DNA of 64,000 bases, from positions 64,001 through 128,000 of the forward strand of contig CBEUCH010000007.1 of NCBI GenBank assembly GCA_965541585.1, given 5' to 3'. This DNA comes from an uncultured bacterium. Lineage in GTDB: Bacteria; Zixibacteria; MSB-5A5; UBA10806. Below, in pieces: positions 59,503-64,000 of the stretch (positions are counted from its first letter, which is position 1; each line of letters begins with the position of its first letter). The notes below the pieces were generated by a model. It was not told the origin of the DNA. It was given only the letters and a program-made list of their open reading frames with translations, and made no database searches. The translations under genes were made by a program, and so were the position numbers.

Positions 59503-60408
59503 ATGAAAAAGTTCAGCATTCTGATTCTGGCGATTTCGTTCTTGTTCAACGGTCAGCAAGTGCTGGCGCAATCCAAAACCAAATACAGGGCTTTCAAGCC
59601 GTCAAAAGCCGGCGACAGCGTATTCTTGAAATCTGGTACAAGAAGCCTCAGGTACTATGTCCTGGAGGCAGGTAAAACAATGTATCTTGAAGTTACCGGC
59701 CCGACCCGGATCAAGCTTCGCAGCCGGGCAAGCCTCGGCCTTGTCGATTCGGGGGATTATGATCTGTATGTCTGGGAAGGCAAAGAGTTGATTGCCAGCC
59801 GAAAAGTGGGGACCTCGAAATCCAAGCTGATAATTGATGGCACAAGTGAATATGTCGGGCTGGCGAGGGATATCTTTTTCAAAGTACCCCGGGGGACGCA
59901 TACCTATAGCATCTCAGCAAGATCCGAGAAAATCGATAAATTTTATCTGCGGTTCTATCGGCAGAAAAAGAATAAGAAGAAAGCCACCTATATTCCATAC
60001 CGACCGTACGATTACTCTAAAGAGGCTAAACTAAAAACCCAAAAATCAGAAATCCCATATTATCTGGTTGAGAGGGATGGTGGCGTCAGCCTCAAGGTGA
60101 TTGGCCCAACCAAAATCGGCATTTTTTGCCGCGCTAATTTCGATGCCACCGTCGAGGATAAATCAAAATTCGCTCTTGGAGTATACGAGAAGGGGAAATC
60201 GATCGAAATGTTCACCGGAATTGCGAAAAAGTCTAAAAAGCTGGCATTTTCAGACCTGCCCGGTCTAATACCGTCGACTTTGCATAAGTTTTATCTCGAT
60301 GTTCCCACCGGGGAGCATATCTATGAGTTTAAGAAAGTAAACTCGCCTGCGCCGAATCTGGCGGTGCGGTTTAAGATTCTGGAAAATACCCTTGGTAAGA
60401 AGAGATGA
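59503..60408 (+). CDS. Exported Lys-rich protein with two internal repeats
   Basis: Signal peptide; two copies of YY.......L.V.GPT.I....RA and F...VP.G.H.Y. Confidence 0.7.
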   Translation: MKKFSILILAISFLFNGQQVLAQSKTKYRAFKPSKAGDSVFLKSGTRSLRYYVLEAGKTMYLEVTGPTRIKLRSRASLGLVDSGDYDLYVWEGKELIASRKVGTSKSKLIIDGTSEYVGLARDIFFKVPRGTHTYSISARSEKIDKFYLRFYRQKKNKKKATYIPYRPYDYSKEAKLKTQKSEIPYYLVERDGGVSLKVIGPTKIGIFCRANFDATVEDKSKFALGVYEKGKSIEMFTGIAKKSKKLAFSDLPGLIPSTLHKFYLDVPTGEHIYEFKKVNSPAPNLAVRFKILENTLGKKR

Positions 60409-61478
60409 CCGGACCGCAATATCCGAATAAGATCGACTACGTACCTTTTCTGACGCTGATTCTGGCGTTGCTCGTCTGGTCGCCTGCCGGTGCTCAAAAA
60501 AAAGAGAAGGCCCCTGAGCCCCGAAAGCTGCAGATGCTTTTTTTAGATGCCAGGATGGAGCTGACATATGACGACAACATAATAAATTATTCCGATGCCG
60601 ATCTCGATCTTTACAGTGATAACGCCCGGCCCGATAAGTTCCTTATAGAATCGGAAGATGATTGGATCATAACCAGCCGAATCGAATCGCGGCTTAAGGG
60701 GGGATTCATCTCGGGTAGAACCGCCTGGATAGATCTTAATTTTACTAATTATTTCTACGTCAGAAATGAGGTTCGTCGCTACCAGAAATACGGTTTATCC
60801 GGCCGACAATATTTCATGCGTGGAGGGTATGCTGAGATTGAGTATTTTTATATTCCGGATTATTATTATCGTAACCTCTATAATGATTCATACATCGAAG
60901 CCAGCTTTTCCAAGCATTTCCTGAAAGCTGAAGTGGGGTTTAATTTGCTGCCATCGCTTAAGGGCGATATCTCGTATCGGTTCCAGAGCAAAAGCTTCAA
61001 CGAGGAGGTGCGGGAACGCGATTTGACAGTCAACGGTGTGAGGCTCGATGGAATCTGGAAAGCATCGAAGAAGTTCAAATTCTGGGCTTATTATAGTTTT
61101 GAGCGGGCCATAGCAAGGGGGGCGGATGATCCCGATCCTGATATCAAGGATGTCTCGTATGATGCCTGGGGAATAACTCTGGGGAGCAGGCATTATAGCC
61201 CGTATCTGCGCAGATTGAAGCCTCAGCTGGTTCTCTCGCTTCAATATCGAAAGATCAAATTCCAGACGACGAAATACCGAGATATCTATAGATTCCTCCG
61301 CCGGGATAACAATTACGAATTCAGGATCGGTACCGCCTGGCAGCTTCTCTATAATGTTGGCCTGGATATCGATTACAGGCTGCAGGCGAAGCGTTCGGAT
61401 ATTTCTGATCCCCTGGCGAAAAGCCTGCTGGAATACGACTCCAATTCCATATCATTCGAATTTAAAAGAAGATTCTAA
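60405..61478 (+). CDS. Putative outer-membrane beta-barrel protein
   Basis: Signal peptide, YDDNI, alternating aromatic beta strands, terminal Phe (ISFEFKRRF). Confidence 0.65.
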   Translation: MTGPQYPNKIDYVPFLTLILALLVWSPAGAQKKEKAPEPRKLQMLFLDARMELTYDDNIINYSDADLDLYSDNARPDKFLIESEDDWIITSRIESRLKGGFISGRTAWIDLNFTNYFYVRNEVRRYQKYGLSGRQYFMRGGYAEIEYFYIPDYYYRNLYNDSYIEASFSKHFLKAEVGFNLLPSLKGDISYRFQSKSFNEEVRERDLTVNGVRLDGIWKASKKFKFWAYYSFERAIARGADDPDPDIKDVSYDAWGITLGSRHYSPYLRRLKPQLVLSLQYRKIKFQTTKYRDIYRFLRRDNNYEFRIGTAWQLLYNVGLDIDYRLQAKRSDISDPLAKSLLEYDSNSISFEFKRRF

Positions 61479-61485
61479 AAGTCGC

Positions 61486-61514
61486 TTGACCGGAAGAGTC
61501 GAAGCGGGTATAAT
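61486..61514 (+). promoter_or_regulatory. sigma70 promoter for pcm
   Basis: TTGACC-17 nt-TATAAT. Confidence 0.65.
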
Positions 61515-61538
61515 CTTTCCGGGTAAGTATTATTCGCC

Positions 61539-62234
61539 ATGACTATTTTACTGGCTGTATTAATGATGTTTCCAAAACCACCGGATAGTCCCGACTACCA
61601 TAAGCGGCGTCTGGGGATGGTGGAACACCAGATAGTGGCGCGCGGGGTTTCTGACAATAATGTCCTGAATTCCATGAGAGATGTACCGCGCCATCTTTTT
61701 GTCCCGGAAGGTCTGCGAACGAGCGCTTACGACGATAGTCCGCTGCCGATCGGATCGGGCCAGACCATCAGCCAGCCGTATATTGTTGCCCTGATGACAG
61801 AACTCTTAAAACCCGATTCCGCAGATGTGATCCTCGAAATCGGCACCGGCTCTGGCTACCAGGCGGCTGTCCTGGCTGAGATCGTCGACACGGTTTACTC
61901 AATCGAAATTATCTGCGAGCTTCAGGAAAGAGCTGATTCCACGTTGACGGCTCTCGGATATACGAATGTCCATACCCGTTGTGGTGACGGCTATGGCGGC
62001 TGGCCGGAGGCGGCGCCATTCGACGGCATAATTGTTACGGCGGCGCCGGAGAAGGTGCCGAGGCCGCTTTTAGAGCAACTCAAAGACGGCGGCCGACTCG
62101 TAATCCCTGTGGGGGACATGATTCAATTCCTCGAGGTCCACACCAGGCGGGGAGGAAAATTCACTAAAGAGCGGAGTGTACCGGTGAGATTCGTTCCCAT
62201 GACAGGCAAGACGGAGGAGGAAGCCGATGAATAG
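61539..62234 (+). CDS. pcm: Protein-L-isoaspartate O-methyltransferase
   Basis: VPRHLFV, GQTISQPY, LEIGTGSGYQAA, APFDGIIVTAA, VRFVPM. Confidence 0.95.
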   Translation: MTILLAVLMMFPKPPDSPDYHKRRLGMVEHQIVARGVSDNNVLNSMRDVPRHLFVPEGLRTSAYDDSPLPIGSGQTISQPYIVALMTELLKPDSADVILEIGTGSGYQAAVLAEIVDTVYSIEIICELQERADSTLTALGYTNVHTRCGDGYGGWPEAAPFDGIIVTAAPEKVPRPLLEQLKDGGRLVIPVGDMIQFLEVHTRRGGKFTKERSVPVRFVPMTGKTEEEADE

Positions 62235-63264
62235 AAAGCCGCTATTAGTGCTTTCAGGCGCACTATTGATTCTGGCATCATGCATATCACATGATGTGGA
62301 GTTCGAGGGCAAAACCGTCATCAGCTCCGACGGAAAGATTCGCAGGTCGGGAGAGCTTAAGATAAGCCTTTCGGGTGACAGGGATGTTGAGAAAGATCTA
62401 TCCCATGCGATGAAGTTTTATACCGATAATTTCGTACCGCCCGATTCAGATTTATTCGAGATTCAACATACGTTCATCGACAGCGTCTTGACTATAACAT
62501 GGACCGGCGAGATAGATTTAGCCGACTTGCCGATTTCGGATTATACGCATCGTATCGGCGACGGCCCTGCAGCAAGCAATAAAATCAGTCTGCAGAAAAA
62601 AAGCCGGTGGTTTTACAATGACTTTAGCTATACCGAGATTTACTCCGATCCGGTCGATACGGTGAAGTTTTATCCCCTGGTCCAGGATGCATTCTCAAAA
62701 GCGTCGGATGATATTATGAATCTTATGCCGATGGAAGGGCTTAGAGACCGTCAGGGAGCAAGAGATCTCCTGGGAGAAATAGAGACTGTGGCCGGTATAG
62801 ACCTGCTCCGGGCATTTATGGCGTATCCTCGTCGAATGGACAGCCTATCCGAGGAGCACGAGCATTATGTTTATATGGTTGCCGATAGCCTGGCTGCTTT
62901 CGCCGGCGTCAAGCTGGATCCCGATTCTCTGAGCAGCTTGCTGGGGTCAGTATACGACGCCGTATGGGATACTCTTTTGTCGGACCATCCGGGTTTGTTC
63001 GGCAGTTACGGAATTGTAGAGCCCGAGGAGCACAGATTTAAGATCGAGATTGTCTATCCCGGCTGCCTTTCCAGCAGCAACGCCGACAGCACTTTTGGAA
63101 AGGCAGGCATCTGGATTTTTGATAATCTCGATTTCTTCGCCGGCGAGAAGAGGATTGAATTAACATGCAGAATCTGGTCGTGGGTCAATGTGGCTATTAC
63201 GGTGGTGGTGATCTTGATCGTGCTGGCCGTTATATTATGGCCCATAAGGAGGAAGCGCTCATAA
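62227..63264 (+). CDS. Hypothetical lipoprotein with C-terminal TM anchor
   Basis: LASC lipobox; C-terminal hydrophobic helix plus RRKRS. Confidence 0.6.
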   Translation: MNRKPLLVLSGALLILASCISHDVEFEGKTVISSDGKIRRSGELKISLSGDRDVEKDLSHAMKFYTDNFVPPDSDLFEIQHTFIDSVLTITWTGEIDLADLPISDYTHRIGDGPAASNKISLQKKSRWFYNDFSYTEIYSDPVDTVKFYPLVQDAFSKASDDIMNLMPMEGLRDRQGARDLLGEIETVAGIDLLRAFMAYPRRMDSLSEEHEHYVYMVADSLAAFAGVKLDPDSLSSLLGSVYDAVWDTLLSDHPGLFGSYGIVEPEEHRFKIEIVYPGCLSSSNADSTFGKAGIWIFDNLDFFAGEKRIELTCRIWSWVNVAITVVVILIVLAVILWPIRRKRS

Positions 63265-63339
63265 GGTCGCTCTGAATCTGTGCAACCAGGATGACTGCGA
63301 ATCGTAGAAGAAGATGCAAATATATCGAGGGAGAATGAT

Positions 63340-63777
63340 ATGACCAAAAAACTCTACAGGTCCAGAACCGACAGCATGATAGCGGGCGTCTGCGGCGGGC
63401 TGGCCGAATATTTCGATATCGACGCTTCATTGGTTCGGGTCGGGGCGGTGCTTTTTACGCTGGCCTGGGGATCAGGCCTTCTGGCCTACGTGATACTCTG
63501 GCTGGTGGTTACTCAGAAACCACTGGAGTCGTCGGTGACGGAGAGCGAAGGCGAGCAAAAAGCGACGGATGAGGCAAGCGAGCCGGATAAACTGGAGAGA
63601 GATAAGGGCATTATGTTCGTGGGGATAATCCTCACGGTTCTGGGAGCCTTATTGCTTATGAATAACTATATATCCTTTGCCTGGTTGTCATTTCGCAGGC
63701 TCTGGCCGCTTTTGATTATTTTCATTGGACTTATGATCATTATGAAAGGGTCCGGCAGCAGGGGCGATGAGAGTTAG
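63340..63777 (+). CDS. pspC: PspC domain protein with DUF5668-like C-terminus
   Basis: KLYRSRTDSMIAGVCGGLAEYF; RLWPLLII.IG. Confidence 0.85.
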   Translation: MTKKLYRSRTDSMIAGVCGGLAEYFDIDASLVRVGAVLFTLAWGSGLLAYVILWLVVTQKPLESSVTESEGEQKATDEASEPDKLERDKGIMFVGIILTVLGALLLMNNYISFAWLSFRRLWPLLIIFIGLMIIMKGSGSRGDES

Positions 63778-64000
63778 CTCGATCAGATGGGGCGTTATCT
63801 GGGTGGGGATCGGTTTTTTCTTTCTGGCCATTAACCTTGAGACGCTGGACAGCCTTGTTTTCCCCAGGCTTTTTTCTCTCTGGCCGGTTCTTCTGATTGC
63901 CGTCGGCGTTGAGCTGATTTTCAGAAAAACCAAATTCTATTTTTTTGCGCTTCTCTCGCCGCTTCTGATAGCCGGCGCCTTCGTACTTGCGGCATCTCAT
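63767..64000 (+). CDS. DUF5668/LiaI-LiaF-like membrane protein, partial (runs off the window; not in ORF track)
   Basis: My translation: MRVSSIRWGVIWVGIGFFFLAINL...LWPVLLIAVGVELIF..., open to the window end. Confidence 0.7.
   Translation, partial: MRVSSIRWGVIWVGIGFFFLAINLETLDSLVFPRLFSLWPVLLIAVGVELIFRKTKFYFFALLSPLLIAGAFVLAASH

Overview
Bacterial chromosome segment, densely coding and almost all on the + strand. An FCB-group or Zixibacteria-like diderm is inferred from the LpxC-FabZ fusion, a T9SS-type C-terminal sorting domain, DUF374 and the yggS-divIVA-PNP-ileS-dksA-lspA-rluD order. Housekeeping blocks are: ltaE/transglutaminase/ABC exporter; a lipid A operon (lpxC-fabZ, lpxA, gnnA-like, lpxB, DUF374, waaA, lpxK) running into nadB-guaA; eno-ftsB-recO; glyQS; galT; the ileS cluster; glmS; holA; an ECF sigma/anti-sigma pair; pcm; and pspC. 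Short AT-rich accessory genes are slotted between core genes: a ParB-like/HEPN-like + Dam-like methylase pair, a TIR protein, an HNH-like protein and a PD-(D/E)xK-like protein. Most notable: (1) a layered palindromic repeat system at 23-35 kb, with a small GIY-YIG gene enclosed by TGGAT..ATGACA palindromes and 40-bp direct repeats, a gene-less sibling at 31 kb, and a 19-nt module nested inside several different repeats; (2) a pgsB-pgsC-pgsW poly-gamma-glutamate operon extended by a basic two-repeat exported protein and an outer-membrane beta-barrel, a candidate diderm PGA export system; (3) a probable ATA start for the gnnA-like gene; (4) a G9 tract in a promoter spacer ahead of a 14-aa uORF; (5) an HTH + triple Myb-like protein behind glmS. 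All family calls come from motif recognition by eye; no searches were run.
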